IMG/VR virus record: IMGVR_UViG_3300032883_000564
Span: 1-62,690 of that record
Length of the DNA: 62,690 nucleotides
Strand: one strand, 5' to 3'
DNA from: a virus
Taxonomy: Duplodnaviria > Caudoviricetes
The translations under genes and the position numbers were made by a program. This document shows, in pieces, positions 9,398-18,716 of the stretch (its first letter is position 1; each line of letters opens with the position of its first letter). Under the pieces are notes generated by a model. That model was not told where the DNA came from. It saw only the letters and a list, made by a program, of their open reading frames with translations, and made no database searches.

Positions 9398-10345
9398 CTA
9401 CGCCATGTGCGAGTGGAGCAACCAGACGTACAGCTTGAGGTTTGGCGTCCCAGCGTCCGTATAGCGCATGCTATTGGTGCCCGGCTGCAGCTCCATCAGG
9501 ACGGCCTGCGTGGCACCGAGCGCCAGGTTCGGCGTCTCGTCAGCCCACGAATACCCGCCGTCCGTGCTCAGGCGAGCTCGACCGAGGCCCGGGGCTGCGT
9601 TCACCGACAGGACGTGGTTCGCCGTGGCGCCGGTTCCGGTGACCTGGAACTGGGCACCTGTCGTCAGGTTCTCGATCTTCGGATTCGTGAAGCCGTTCAC
9701 GGCCTGGCTGGCAAAGCGGAAGACGACGCGTTGGCTCTCAAGGTCGCCGTCGTTGATCAGGTTGAAGGCGTAGCCATCAGGCGGGGCCGCGCTCGTGATC
9801 GTAAAGACGGCGAACGTGTAGTCGGGAGCGATCGGTTCGCCGACAACCGCTGCCGCCAGAGCCTCGGCCGTATAGCTGTGCGCCGTGAGCCACTCCGCCG
9901 TCAGCGGCGCGAAGAAGTGCGGGTCCGGAAGCCGGAAGTCGAGTGAGACGGGCAGGTGGATCGCGTTCTCCCTGTTCCTCTGAAGCGGCGGCCTCGCCGC
10001 GAGGCGGGCATAACTCCACCGCTGATCGCCGCCCGTGAACGGGTCATACCGCCAGAGCTTTCGCAGGCCGTCTACCCGAGCTGCACCGCAGGCAGCCAGG
10101 AGCATCGCGCGGTACAGAGCGTCGAAGTCGGCCACGGAGTCGGCGTACAGCGCGAAGCCGATCCTGGCCTCACCAACCGCCATCGGCGGCCGGCCAACAC
10201 CATGAAGGTCGAAGGCTCCATCCGCGCCAAGGGCTTCCTGAAGAGCCAGGCGGTACGGGACCCCGAGATCCTCTTCGCGCTCCAGCGTCGGGATCTCCCA
10301 CGGGTTCAGGTCGTCCAGATCCGTCAGCTTCCAGAAGCGCCTCAC
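9398..10345 (-). CDS. Distal tail (Dit-like) protein
   Basis: Directly after tape measure; DFRLPDPHF, INDGD, NPKIENLTTG and LQPGTNSM motifs. Confidence 0.75.
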   Translation of the reverse strand: MRRFWKLTDLDDLNPWEIPTLEREEDLGVPYRLALQEALGADGAFDLHGVGRPPMAVGEARIGFALYADSVADFDALYRAMLLAACGAARVDGLRKLWRYDPFTGGDQRWSYARLAARPPLQRNRENAIHLPVSLDFRLPDPHFFAPLTAEWLTAHSYTAEALAAAVVGEPIAPDYTFAVFTITSAAPPDGYAFNLINDGDLESQRVVFRFASQAVNGFTNPKIENLTTGAQFQVTGTGATANHVLSVNAAPGLGRARLSTDGGYSWADETPNLALGATQAVLMELQPGTNSMRYTDAGTPNLKLYVWLLHSHMA

Positions 10346-13300
10346 GGTATCACTCCTTTGGCACGCAGCGCCTGCACGAAGACCCGGCTGGCCACCTCAC
10401 CCACCTGGCGACCGACGTCCGCTGGCTGGCCGGTAGCCGCGACGACGTTCACGGTCAGGTCAACGTCGATCACGTTTGCCCGACCACCAGACGCTCCGCC
10501 GGCCAGAGACAGGAGCCGCTCCGTGTCGCCGTGCGAAAACACTCGCGTGTTCGGCGGAGCGTAGATCAGCTCAGTCCCTTGCTCACCGACCAGGCTGAAG
10601 CCGCTCGTGATTCCACCACTTTGAAATCCCTGCGGGATCTGGAGGCTGTTCAGAACCCAGGCCGCGTGGCCGGCTGCGTCGCCGAGATTCCAGGTCTTGG
10701 GGCCGGCATAGTTCATCGCGTCGCCCACGCCACGCGTCAAGCCCTGCGCGTAGTCAGCTGAGCCGGCCAGGGCGAGGTTCTTGTCGGTCACAGTGCCGGC
10801 CGAATCCCCGAGCTTCCGCGTAAAGAAGCCCAGGTAATCCGTGGCGCCACCAATCACGCCGCTCATGGTGTCGGTCTGCTTCACCGCGTTCGCAGTAGCC
10901 AGCGTGTGGATGCCTGTGGCCCAGGTAAGGTCGTTGACCTTCCCTGAGTAGATTCCGATGTTGGTCGTGATCGTCGCCACCATGTCTTTGAGCTCGCGCT
11001 CTGTCGGCAGCGTCTGGTCTGCCAGCGTCGCCCGATCCTGCATGACGCGATGCTCGGCGGTGTAGACAGCCTGCTGCGCCTGGAGCGCGGCGATCTGGTC
11101 CCGGATGCCCTGGGTCTGTTCCTGCGTCGCGCCAGCGGCCTCTTGAAGCGCCAACTGGTACTGAAGCGTGTCGATCGACAGCTGCAGGTTCGCGGTCTCC
11201 ACCGTCGGGCCGCTGAGGAGCTGACCAAGGGCGCTCTGAAGCGAGCTGACCAGCTCGGTGCCGACGCCGTATGCGAATTGGGCGGCCGCATCCCGGCCTT
11301 CACCGAAGCTCGTATTGACCTCCTGCATCGCCAGTTCGAAGTCGAGCGCCTTCCGCCCCAGGCCATCAACTCCAAGCTCGAGGCCGAGGTTGTACAGCTC
11401 ACGCACGCCGGCCTGCGCATAGCCCGGGATGTCCTGGAGCTGCACCGCGAACAGGCCGATATCGACCATCACGCCCCAGATGCTCTGCTTCAGGGCCTCG
11501 TGGGCCGCGATCTCGTCAGAGAACGCCTGGATGGCCGCGCCCTGTGCCGGCGCCAAGCCAAGCTTCAGGGTCTCAGCAAGGTTCAGCGTGCCCTCATTCG
11601 CCAGCTTCGCCGCCTCCCAGAAACGCCCAGCCTCCACCGTCCCGTAGGACTGCTTCAGCTTTTCCTGCTCGACTGCATAGCGATTTGCGGCCTCCGCGGC
11701 GTCCTTCTCCGCCTGGGTGCGGGCGTTCACCAGCTCCAGCTGGGCTTGCTGGGCGGGGTTCAGGTTCGCTCGGACCGCCTCAGCGAGCGATATCACGCCG
11801 TCGTCGAGGAACTTCCCCAGCTCGGTGTTCAGGGCCTCGGTGTCGCCCTTAGCAGCGGCCATCAGGACGGTGAAGCCCAAGAGGGCGGGGGTAACACCAG
11901 CATCGATGCAGGCGTAGAACAGTTTGAGAAGGTCAATCTGGTTCCGCCACGCCTTCTCGCCGGTAGTCAGCTCTGCAGTCGTAGCCGCCATCTCGAAGCG
12001 GGCTGCGGCCCAGGCGGGGATACCGTTGGCCGTGGCCTCGGCCAGGGTGATGGTGCCGTCGGCCAGGATGTCGACGACTTCCTTGGCCTTCTCGGACGCT
12101 CCGCCGGCGCCAGACACGGCGCCCTGGAAGTCGGAGACGCCCTTCGTGGCAGGCAGCGTGGCCGCGGCCAGCTGACCGAACTGGGTCAGCATCTTGTTGA
12201 TGTAGTCGCCAGCGATGCCCGGTACTTGGGTCACCATGGTCGGCATGTTGAACTTCGCTACGGCGAACGCGATGGGAATGGTGACGCCGGACGCCAGCAT
12301 GTCCATGAAGCGAACGATCTGGTTGGCCGCGAGGGCGTCGAGCAGCGGCAGGACCTGGATCATCATCTCCGTGGGCATCGCGAACAGCTGCTTAGTGATC
12401 GCCTCAATCTTGGCGGAGGCATCCGGGCCAAGTGCCTCGAACAGCCGCTGGCCCAAGATCTTCATCTCGTCCGACACGTCGGTCAGGTACTTGCCCATCG
12501 CGTCGAGCCTGGCGTTGACAGCGTCAAGCTCGCCTGCGGGCGCAGCCTTACCCAGCGCCTCCAGCTCGTTCTTGCGCCTTTCCAGCTGTAGCTGCTCGAG
12601 AGACAGGCCCAGCTTCGCGATGACGACGTCGGACAGGTTCGTGACGGCAGTCCCGACGCTCTTCACGTCGGTCAGGTAGGCCGCGAAGTCATCTGCGGCC
12701 CTTTGGCTGGCGCCGCCGGTGGCGTCGAGACCAGCCGCCAGCAGGATCAGCGCGCCGGGCAGCTGCGCAAGGTGCAGTATGGAACCGCCCAGCACTTCGT
12801 CGAACTTCTTCACCTCCGGGTGAAGCGCCAGGAAGTCGCTTGCCATCTTTTCAAGCTGCGGGTTCAGGTACTCGGCCAGCGCCGGAACCTGCGCGATGAT
12901 GTCCCGGAGCTCAGCCATCGTGGGGTTTGTCGCCATGACCTGGTCGGCGAGCAGCTTCATACGCTGCGTCAGGGCGTCGTAGATGTCGCTACGGAAAGCG
13001 CCCGGCAGCGAGGCGGCCAGGCGGTCAGCCTCGTCCTTCATCTGCCCAGCCAGGCCAATCCAGTACTGCATGACAGCCGCGTGCGCCTGCTCGGCCGTCA
13101 TGCCCTCCTTGGTAGCCTCGGTCAGCAGGTCGGTGGCGCTGCCGACGTCCTTTATCGCAGAGGCTGTGTTCTTCGCATCATTCTGCGTACCCCTGAACAA
13201 GGAGATGATCCCGGCACCAGTGAATTTCCTCGCGACCTGATCGAGGGCAACCAAGGCACCTACCACGAGCGCAATTGGTCCCAGCGTCGTGGCCATAGCA

Positions 13301-14361
13301 TCTCCGAAGGCTATGGAGGCGGCTCCAGCAACGCCCTCCGAAGCAGCAAGGCCCACCAGGGCAGTGGCATAAGCCACCGCCGGGGCGATGAAACCAGCTA
13401 TTGCCGTGAGTGCAAAAGCAGCCCCCGCAGTTAGAGCTGCTGCGGCTACCAGGCTCAGGGAAGAAGCTAAGGGGGTAAGAGCCTCAAGGAACGGCTTGAC
13501 GGCGTCTGCTGCGTTCTGAAACCCTTCGATGAGGCTGCTAGTGAACTCCCGTATCCGGGGCTGGACATCGGTAAAGCCTGTTGCCACGCTCGTTAATGCA
13601 GGCATAAGGGCCATGCCAATCTGCATCTTGACGCCAGCGATGGCCTCGTTCATGTCCCGCTGGGCGAAGGTGTAGGCTTTAATGGAAGCTACGTTGTCTC
13701 CAGTAAGGGTGACGCCCAGCTTATCCGCCTCGGCGGACAGTTCCTTTAGTCCCTCACTGCCAGCATTCAACAGAGGGATCATGTCCTTGCCTGAGCGACC
13801 GAAGAGCTGCATCGCTAGGCCGGTCTTCTCCAAGCCGTTGGGCATCGCCTTAAATTGGTCAGCCAAGGGGAGCAGGATATCCATCATGGGCTTGATGTTG
13901 CCACTAGCATCGGTCGCCTTGATGCCAATGTCCGCGAGGATCTCGCCCATGGACTTGCCGCCGGTCGTGACGCCCGTCTCCTCGTCGGAGACGCCCTTCA
14001 ACTTCTTGGCGAAGATGCCTATGGAGCGGCTTGCATCATCAGCGCCGAGACCGAAGTGCTTAAAGGCGAAGAGCAGTTGAGAGGAAGCTTCCGAGGATAA
14101 TCCAGTCTCACGACTGAGTTTGGCGACGGCAAGTCCTAGTTCCTGAGTAGCACTAATGGCGCCCGTGATCGTTCGGAAGCTCACGAATCCGGCGGCGGCG
14201 GCGGCGATGGCCGGCCCCGCGGCCAGGAGCGGCTGGGTCAGTCCAGAGGTGATAGCGTTGCCGGTCCTCGTCAGCTGCGAGGATGTCGTCTTCAGCCCAG
14301 AGTCCAGCTTGGAGGTATCCGTTGACAGCTCCAGGACGGCCTGGCCCAAGACCTCAGTCAC
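10342..14361 (-). CDS. Tape measure protein
   Basis: 1339 aa, Ala-rich helical; AMQLFGRSGKDMIPLLN; C-terminal FQSGG...LVGEQGTELI. Confidence 0.93.
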   Translation of the reverse strand: MTEVLGQAVLELSTDTSKLDSGLKTTSSQLTRTGNAITSGLTQPLLAAGPAIAAAAAGFVSFRTITGAISATQELGLAVAKLSRETGLSSEASSQLLFAFKHFGLGADDASRSIGIFAKKLKGVSDEETGVTTGGKSMGEILADIGIKATDASGNIKPMMDILLPLADQFKAMPNGLEKTGLAMQLFGRSGKDMIPLLNAGSEGLKELSAEADKLGVTLTGDNVASIKAYTFAQRDMNEAIAGVKMQIGMALMPALTSVATGFTDVQPRIREFTSSLIEGFQNAADAVKPFLEALTPLASSLSLVAAAALTAGAAFALTAIAGFIAPAVAYATALVGLAASEGVAGAASIAFGDAMATTLGPIALVVGALVALDQVARKFTGAGIISLFRGTQNDAKNTASAIKDVGSATDLLTEATKEGMTAEQAHAAVMQYWIGLAGQMKDEADRLAASLPGAFRSDIYDALTQRMKLLADQVMATNPTMAELRDIIAQVPALAEYLNPQLEKMASDFLALHPEVKKFDEVLGGSILHLAQLPGALILLAAGLDATGGASQRAADDFAAYLTDVKSVGTAVTNLSDVVIAKLGLSLEQLQLERRKNELEALGKAAPAGELDAVNARLDAMGKYLTDVSDEMKILGQRLFEALGPDASAKIEAITKQLFAMPTEMMIQVLPLLDALAANQIVRFMDMLASGVTIPIAFAVAKFNMPTMVTQVPGIAGDYINKMLTQFGQLAAATLPATKGVSDFQGAVSGAGGASEKAKEVVDILADGTITLAEATANGIPAWAAARFEMAATTAELTTGEKAWRNQIDLLKLFYACIDAGVTPALLGFTVLMAAAKGDTEALNTELGKFLDDGVISLAEAVRANLNPAQQAQLELVNARTQAEKDAAEAANRYAVEQEKLKQSYGTVEAGRFWEAAKLANEGTLNLAETLKLGLAPAQGAAIQAFSDEIAAHEALKQSIWGVMVDIGLFAVQLQDIPGYAQAGVRELYNLGLELGVDGLGRKALDFELAMQEVNTSFGEGRDAAAQFAYGVGTELVSSLQSALGQLLSGPTVETANLQLSIDTLQYQLALQEAAGATQEQTQGIRDQIAALQAQQAVYTAEHRVMQDRATLADQTLPTERELKDMVATITTNIGIYSGKVNDLTWATGIHTLATANAVKQTDTMSGVIGGATDYLGFFTRKLGDSAGTVTDKNLALAGSADYAQGLTRGVGDAMNYAGPKTWNLGDAAGHAAWVLNSLQIPQGFQSGGITSGFSLVGEQGTELIYAPPNTRVFSHGDTERLLSLAGGASGGRANVIDVDLTVNVVAATGQPADVGRQVGEVASRVFVQALRAKGVIP

Positions 14362-14371
14362 GGCGCACCTC

Positions 14372-14401
14372 TTGACACCTCGTTGCTACCAGCGCTAGAC
14401 T
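14372..14401 (+). promoter_or_regulatory. Sigma70-like promoter for the antisense lipoprotein gene
   Basis: TTGACA-N18-TAGACT, then AGGAG and ATG 14434. Confidence 0.6.
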
Positions 14402-14433
14402 GCGTTCGCCCCGCAGAAACAGGAGCGATTCTC

Positions 14434-14760
14434 ATGCGTTTCCTTCCTGTGGTCCTCTCTGCCGCCCTCATCGCGGTAGCCGTCTCCTGCTCGGGTAGCA
14501 GCGGGCCAGCTAGCACCAGACCCGAGCTCCACAGTCTCGCCGCCGAGATCTGTGGCGAGCTGAAGCCCTACTCGCTGGCGGATGGCCAGCATTTCCTCGC
14601 CGTCAACGGCTTGAACGCCGCCCAGACAGTCGTGGACAGGGCCGACCCTGGCCACATCGTCACGATTCAGGAGTACAGCGACGCACTCGACTCCGTGTGC
14701 CCCCAAACAGTAAGGCGCTTTCTCGGAGACCAGAGCTTCTACGACTGGCTGACTGACTGA
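14434..14760 (+). CDS. Putative lipoprotein (moron-like, opposite strand)
   Basis: MRFLPVVLSAALIAVAVSC signal peptide with lipobox-like Cys; own promoter and RBS. Confidence 0.75.
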   Translation: MRFLPVVLSAALIAVAVSCSGSSGPASTRPELHSLAAEICGELKPYSLADGQHFLAVNGLNAAQTVVDRADPGHIVTIQEYSDALDSVCPQTVRRFLGDQSFYDWLTD

Positions 14761-14762
14761 GC

Positions 14763-15059
14763 TCACGCCTGCCCCTCCGCGTGCTCCCTACTGAAGGCGA
14801 TCCCCTTGCTCGCCAGGAACTCCGGTGAAGGCGGTTTGTGCGCTGCGCCCCCGATCGCCTCACGCCAGCCATCCTGAATGCGCCGCGCATCGCTCTTCTC
14901 CAGGGTGCCAGAGCCCATCGCCACCACCTCGCACATCAGCATCGATTCCTGAGCCTGAAGGCCCCGCATCGCCAGCGCGTACGCCCCCACCAGGGGCAGC
15001 GGCACCTCCAACCAGTCAAGCGGGCTGCCGCCGTAGAACCGCTGCAGGGCTGGGATCAC
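14763..15059 (-). CDS. Tail assembly chaperone, frameshift (T) part
   Basis: In the -1 frame of the upstream chaperone; open from the slippery site at 15126-15132. Confidence 0.75.
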   Translation of the reverse strand: MIPALQRFYGGSPLDWLEVPLPLVGAYALAMRGLQAQESMLMCEVVAMGSGTLEKSDARRIQDGWREAIGGAAHKPPSPEFLASKGIAFSREHAEGQA

Positions 15060-15568
15060 ATGACCCCAGCCCGCTTCATCAGCATCATCAGCGGACCCGC
15101 CTTCCCTTTCTGCACCAGGCAGGCTAAAAAAGATACCCAGATGTCGGACAATTGGCCCGGCAGCAGGCGATCTAGCACCTCACCGGGCAAGTCCGGCAGC
15201 GCCGTCTGTACCAATCCGCGGAGGCGCTGCACGTACTCCGCTTCCTCCTCCGGCGTCGGCTCTACGAGCTTCTCCAGCTCCTCGCAGCGGTCGGTGAGAT
15301 GCTTGACGGCCAGACGCTGCTTCAGTCCCCAGGTGTCGCGGTTCGCCAGATCGTAGGCGACGCCATCGATCAGAACGAACTCGCGCGTCAGCGGGTCAAG
15401 TTGGGCCAGTGTCAGTAGGGGCTCGCGCCGCGCCGGGTCGACCAACGACACGGGCGGCAGCTCAGAACTTCGGGGCACGATCGGGGCTATCGGCTCAGCG
15501 GCGGCCCCCGCCGTCTGCGCCCGGGGCTTGGACCGGGGCTTGGCCTTGTCCGTTGCGGACTTCGCCAT
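15056..15568 (-). CDS. Tail assembly chaperone (G part)
   Basis: Between tail tube and tape measure; T TTT TTA slippery heptamer. Confidence 0.8.
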   Translation of the reverse strand: MAKSATDKAKPRSKPRAQTAGAAAEPIAPIVPRSSELPPVSLVDPARREPLLTLAQLDPLTREFVLIDGVAYDLANRDTWGLKQRLAVKHLTDRCEELEKLVEPTPEEEAEYVQRLRGLVQTALPDLPGEVLDRLLPGQLSDIWVSFLACLVQKGKAGPLMMLMKRAGVM

Positions 15569-15716
15569 CTGTGACCTCCTTAAAAGCTATGCCGTGAGCA
15601 CGGCAGAATCGCTCTAGCTCCTCCATGCGCCGTCGGGCCTCCCGACGGTGGAACTGCTGTGCCTGCTTATGCCGGCGCGCCTCGTCTAGGAGACGGGTCG
15701 CCTGGACAGGGATCAC
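15495..15716 (-). CDS. Small basic hypothetical protein
   Basis: GTGA coupling at 15716 (MIPVQATRLLDEARRHK). Confidence 0.5.
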   Translation of the reverse strand: MIPVQATRLLDEARRHKQAQQFHRREARRRMEELERFCRAHGIAFKEVTDGEVRNGQGQAPVQAPGADGGGRR

Positions 15717-16072
15717 CCGCCGACCGCCATGCGCTGGAAGTTCGTCACCACCCGCCGACCGAGCGTCGGATAGACCACATCCGCTGCGCCCCGCAGCGTC
15801 CCGTAGCGGCGTTCGAGGTGGATGAAGTACGGACAATCCCACGATCCCCAGCTCCCACCAGCCTTGCTGCCGAAACCGCTGGCACGGCGGAGAACCTTGA
15901 TGCTTCCCTCGGCCCGGCCAGTCCGGTTGCGCCAGCCGCGGTGGTTTGTCTTCGCCTCGCCAACGCAGGCCTCCATCGTCTCGTTGAGGCCTGCGATTGA
16001 GGCAGCCTGGGCCCGCTGCGTCAGACGCGGCCCGTTATAGCTCACGAGCCGCAGTCTGAGGATGCTGGCCAT
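15713..16072 (-). CDS. Neck / tail-completion protein (HK97 gp10-like)
   Basis: WRNRTGRAEGSI, YFIHLE and LRGAAD motifs; ATG 16072. Confidence 0.65.
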   Translation of the reverse strand: MASILRLRLVSYNGPRLTQRAQAASIAGLNETMEACVGEAKTNHRGWRNRTGRAEGSIKVLRRASGFGSKAGGSWGSWDCPYFIHLERRYGTLRGAADVVYPTLGRRVVTNFQRMAVGG

Positions 16073-16074
16073 GG

Positions 16075-16692
16075 CTAGGCTGGCGGCAGCGGGTCGGCGT
16101 CCATGGCCACCAGGTGGCCGAAGCGCTCGGCTTGAGTGGCAGCGTTCGGGTCGCTGATGACCGTCCACTCCGTGTCCAGGACCGCCATGTCATCCGCCAG
16201 GAACTTCACCGCTGGATTGCCGCTCTGGGAGACGCGGGTCAGGCGGTAGTCGAGGCCCAAGCTTGGGCCGCCGACCGGTATCGGCACGTTCCTGTAGGGC
16301 GACGGTGCCCGGATCAGCATGGCAATCTGGGCCACGGACTGGCCCTGGTACATCGTGACGGTCCGGTAGCCGGCCGCACCGATGACGGGCGGCGTGTCGA
16401 CGACGGTCACGTTGTTCAGGACCTTGGCGAAGTTCTCCAGTGTGAGGTCGGCCAGCGCGAAGCTGACGACCATCGACTCCTCTGTCCTGGAGATCTTGGC
16501 CGGCGCCGTGTCCTGATCGGCGCGCAGCTCCTTCAGTGTCTGGTTGTGCTTGGCGTTGACGCCGCCCTTCGTCCGCCCCAGGCGCACCCAGTTCCCTGCT
16601 GGGACGGCGTTGATGAGGGGGAAGGTCTCGCCCACCGGGGCCACATAGACCTCAGCGGGGCCAGCGATTATCTCAAACGGGGACTCTGACAT
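16075..16692 (-). CDS. Major tail tube protein
   Basis: IIAGPAEVYVAPVG, LGRTKGG, LADLTLEN; position in tail module. Confidence 0.85.
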   Translation of the reverse strand: MSESPFEIIAGPAEVYVAPVGETFPLINAVPAGNWVRLGRTKGGVNAKHNQTLKELRADQDTAPAKISRTEESMVVSFALADLTLENFAKVLNNVTVVDTPPVIGAAGYRTVTMYQGQSVAQIAMLIRAPSPYRNVPIPVGGPSLGLDYRLTRVSQSGNPAVKFLADDMAVLDTEWTVISDPNAATQAERFGHLVAMDADPLPPA

Positions 16693-16705
16693 GTCTTCAC
16701 CTCAC

Positions 16706-16768
16706 GAAAGAAAACAGCCGCGACTGCCCGGGCAGTCGCGGCTGCGCTAGTTGGACTCTAGAACGGCG
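16706..16768 (-). terminator. Leader element 1: -10-like TAGAGT, conserved 20-mer, hairpin and U-tract
   Basis: Minus strand TAGAGT-N5-TAGCGCAGCCGCGACTGCCCGGGCAGTCGCGGCTG-TTTTCTTT. Confidence 0.7.
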
Positions 16769-16774
16769 GATTAG

Positions 16775-17131
16775 CTACGTCTCACCCTCGTCTGGCACGG
16801 GCTCAGCCGCCATGCTCTCCACAGCGCTCTCGACGGCGGTCCCTTCGCTCCCAGGCACCCCCGACGCGCCCGTCCCAGGTGCTGGTATCGTCTCCGACGC
16901 CTCGCTCCCCGGCACCGGCATCTGAACGTAGGGCCAGCCTCTCTCGGGCTCAGGCGCTGGCTCGGGCCGCGGCGCATCCGTATCCCACTCGGCGCTGGGG
17001 TCCAGGAGCAGGCGCTGCGCCACGTCCATGTCCACCTCGATCGTCTCGCCCCTGGCCCACCTGAAGCCGGAGGTCGGATCGTCGAGGATGCCGCACGGGC
17101 CCATGTAGGTCATCTGAGCTTTCTTCTTCAT
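16775..17131 (-). CDS. Hypothetical protein with acidic/Pro-rich tail
   Basis: GGGGAGG RBS; co-oriented. Confidence 0.65.
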   Translation of the reverse strand: MKKKAQMTYMGPCGILDDPTSGFRWARGETIEVDMDVAQRLLLDPSAEWDTDAPRPEPAPEPERGWPYVQMPVPGSEASETIPAPGTGASGVPGSEGTAVESAVESMAAEPVPDEGET

Positions 17132-17174
17132 GTCGCCTCCCCCATGCGTCCAGCATCTGGTATACTAAGAATAC

Positions 17175-17633
17175 TCAACTGCCTGCTGCTACCACCTCCT
17201 GAGTGCCCACCAGGGCTTCGACCACGAGCTTGTTCTCCAGGACACCCGGTACGAGACCCTCCGTGTCCTCGGCCAGGCCCGTCGGCCCGCCGCGCACCTC
17301 GCTCCAGTGCACCAGGTACGACTTGCCAGTCGAGGGCTGCTCGACCACGCGCCGACCCTTCTGATGAAGGCAAGCGAACACGGCCCGTCCGATGGATGCG
17401 GCCGCGAAGTCGCTCGTCGCCAAGCAGCGACAGGCCATGCGGTGGCGGATCAGTGGCACGCCGGGGTCGGTTCGCTCTCCCAGGCCCTCCTCGTTGAGCG
17501 ACACGCAGCCAGCCTGCTGTTCCTCGAGGGAAGCGGGGCCGACCATGACGCCACCGGGGGCAGCCTCCTGAACGGCGGGATCGGCAAGGAGCAGAACCCT
17601 CACGATCTCGGGGACGCTAGGAATGTCACTCAT
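17175..17633 (-). CDS. Tail terminator-like protein
   Basis: Position after head closure; VRVLLLADPAV N-terminus. Confidence 0.65.
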   Translation of the reverse strand: MSDIPSVPEIVRVLLLADPAVQEAAPGGVMVGPASLEEQQAGCVSLNEEGLGERTDPGVPLIRHRMACRCLATSDFAAASIGRAVFACLHQKGRRVVEQPSTGKSYLVHWSEVRGGPTGLAEDTEGLVPGVLENKLVVEALVGTQEVVAAGS

Positions 17634-18013
17634 TGCAAACTTTCGGGCGCTCGGACCTCCCGGCAGTCCACCTCCAGGTGGTGGACGCTGCCGCTGCCGT
17701 TGTATACCTTCCGCACCAGGAGCACGTTCAGCCCCGTCGCCAGGACCTGCCCCGATGCCGTCTTTACGTCAATCGTGTCCGCCTCGCTAATGTCGGCGCC
17801 AGCACCGAAGTAGAGCCGGTGCGAGGCCAGGACCACATCCCGCGAGAGGCTCATCCTCAGCTTGCCCTGCGAGCGAAGGTTCACGGCCGTCAGGCGGCAG
17901 GGCTCCGCTGCAAGTTTTGGCGAGAGCGCCACCGTGGGCTGGCCGTAGCCGTCGCGCGCTTCACCCTTGGCGAACGTGTCGGCGCGGTGCCGCAGCAGCG
18001 ACCCAAAGGGCAC
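17630..18013 (-). CDS. Head closure (stopper) protein
   Basis: RDGYGQP, PCRL, DISEADTI, HHLEVDC motifs. Confidence 0.75.
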   Translation of the reverse strand: MPFGSLLRHRADTFAKGEARDGYGQPTVALSPKLAAEPCRLTAVNLRSQGKLRMSLSRDVVLASHRLYFGAGADISEADTIDVKTASGQVLATGLNVLLVRKVYNGSGSVHHLEVDCREVRAPESLQ

Positions 18014-18021
18014 GACCTACC

Positions 18022-18384
18022 TCACAGCCTATGGGCCTGGAACTTCACCTCGACCCCGCCGGCCACGACGTCGACATAGACATAGCCGAGGTCGGCGCCG
18101 CTCTGCTGATTGAACGTCTCCGGTGGGAACGGGCCCACCAGCCACACGTCGCCAGCAGCCATCGGGCCGACCGACAGCTCGGCAACGGCCAGGCCTTCCT
18201 CCACCCGTGGGGTCTGGACCGTCACGGTGTGAGGGCCGGCGCCGGTGTTCCGGATCAGCAGCGTCACCGCGCCGTCATTCGAGAACTTCGCACCGTCCGT
18301 CGTATGCGGAACGGTGTCAGCCGCCGTGAGGGCGGAAACCCCCGTGCGGGTCACCTGCACGACAGGGACGTTTGTGCGGGCCAT
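18022..18384 (-). CDS. Structural protein, hypothetical
   Basis: GAGGAGG RBS; beta-rich; head-tail region. Confidence 0.65.
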   Translation of the reverse strand: MARTNVPVVQVTRTGVSALTAADTVPHTTDGAKFSNDGAVTLLIRNTGAGPHTVTVQTPRVEEGLAVAELSVGPMAAGDVWLVGPFPPETFNQQSGADLGYVYVDVVAGGVEVKFQAHRL

Positions 18385-18443
18385 CCTATACCTCCTCGGG
18401 CCGATTCACTAGCCGACGCGGCCTGTGCCGGCCTCTGTCTCTT

Positions 18444-18704
18444 CTAGCTGCGCTTCGCCGGGGGCCGGCGCTTCGCTGACGTCGCTCTCCGGCTCGCTGC
18501 CTCCGGCACTTCTTCCGTCTCCTCGACCGGCGCCACGGGCAGAGGGGCGACTACCTTCGACGCGCACTTACCACACACACCCTGGCCGGCCAGCGCGGCC
18601 TCCTCGTCTGCGGCGTACACGTCGACCGCCTTCTCCCCGCAGTTCGAGCACTGCACAAGGACGCCGGGGCGCACGAAAGGCAGGCTCAGAATGCTCTCGT
18701 CCAT
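18444..18704 (-). CDS. Small Zn-ribbon protein
   Basis: CSNC...CGKC; GGAGG RBS. Confidence 0.6.
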   Translation of the reverse strand: MDESILSLPFVRPGVLVQCSNCGEKAVDVYAADEEAALAGQGVCGKCASKVVAPLPVAPVEETEEVPEAASRRATSAKRRPPAKRS

Positions 18705-18716
18705 GATGACCTCCGT

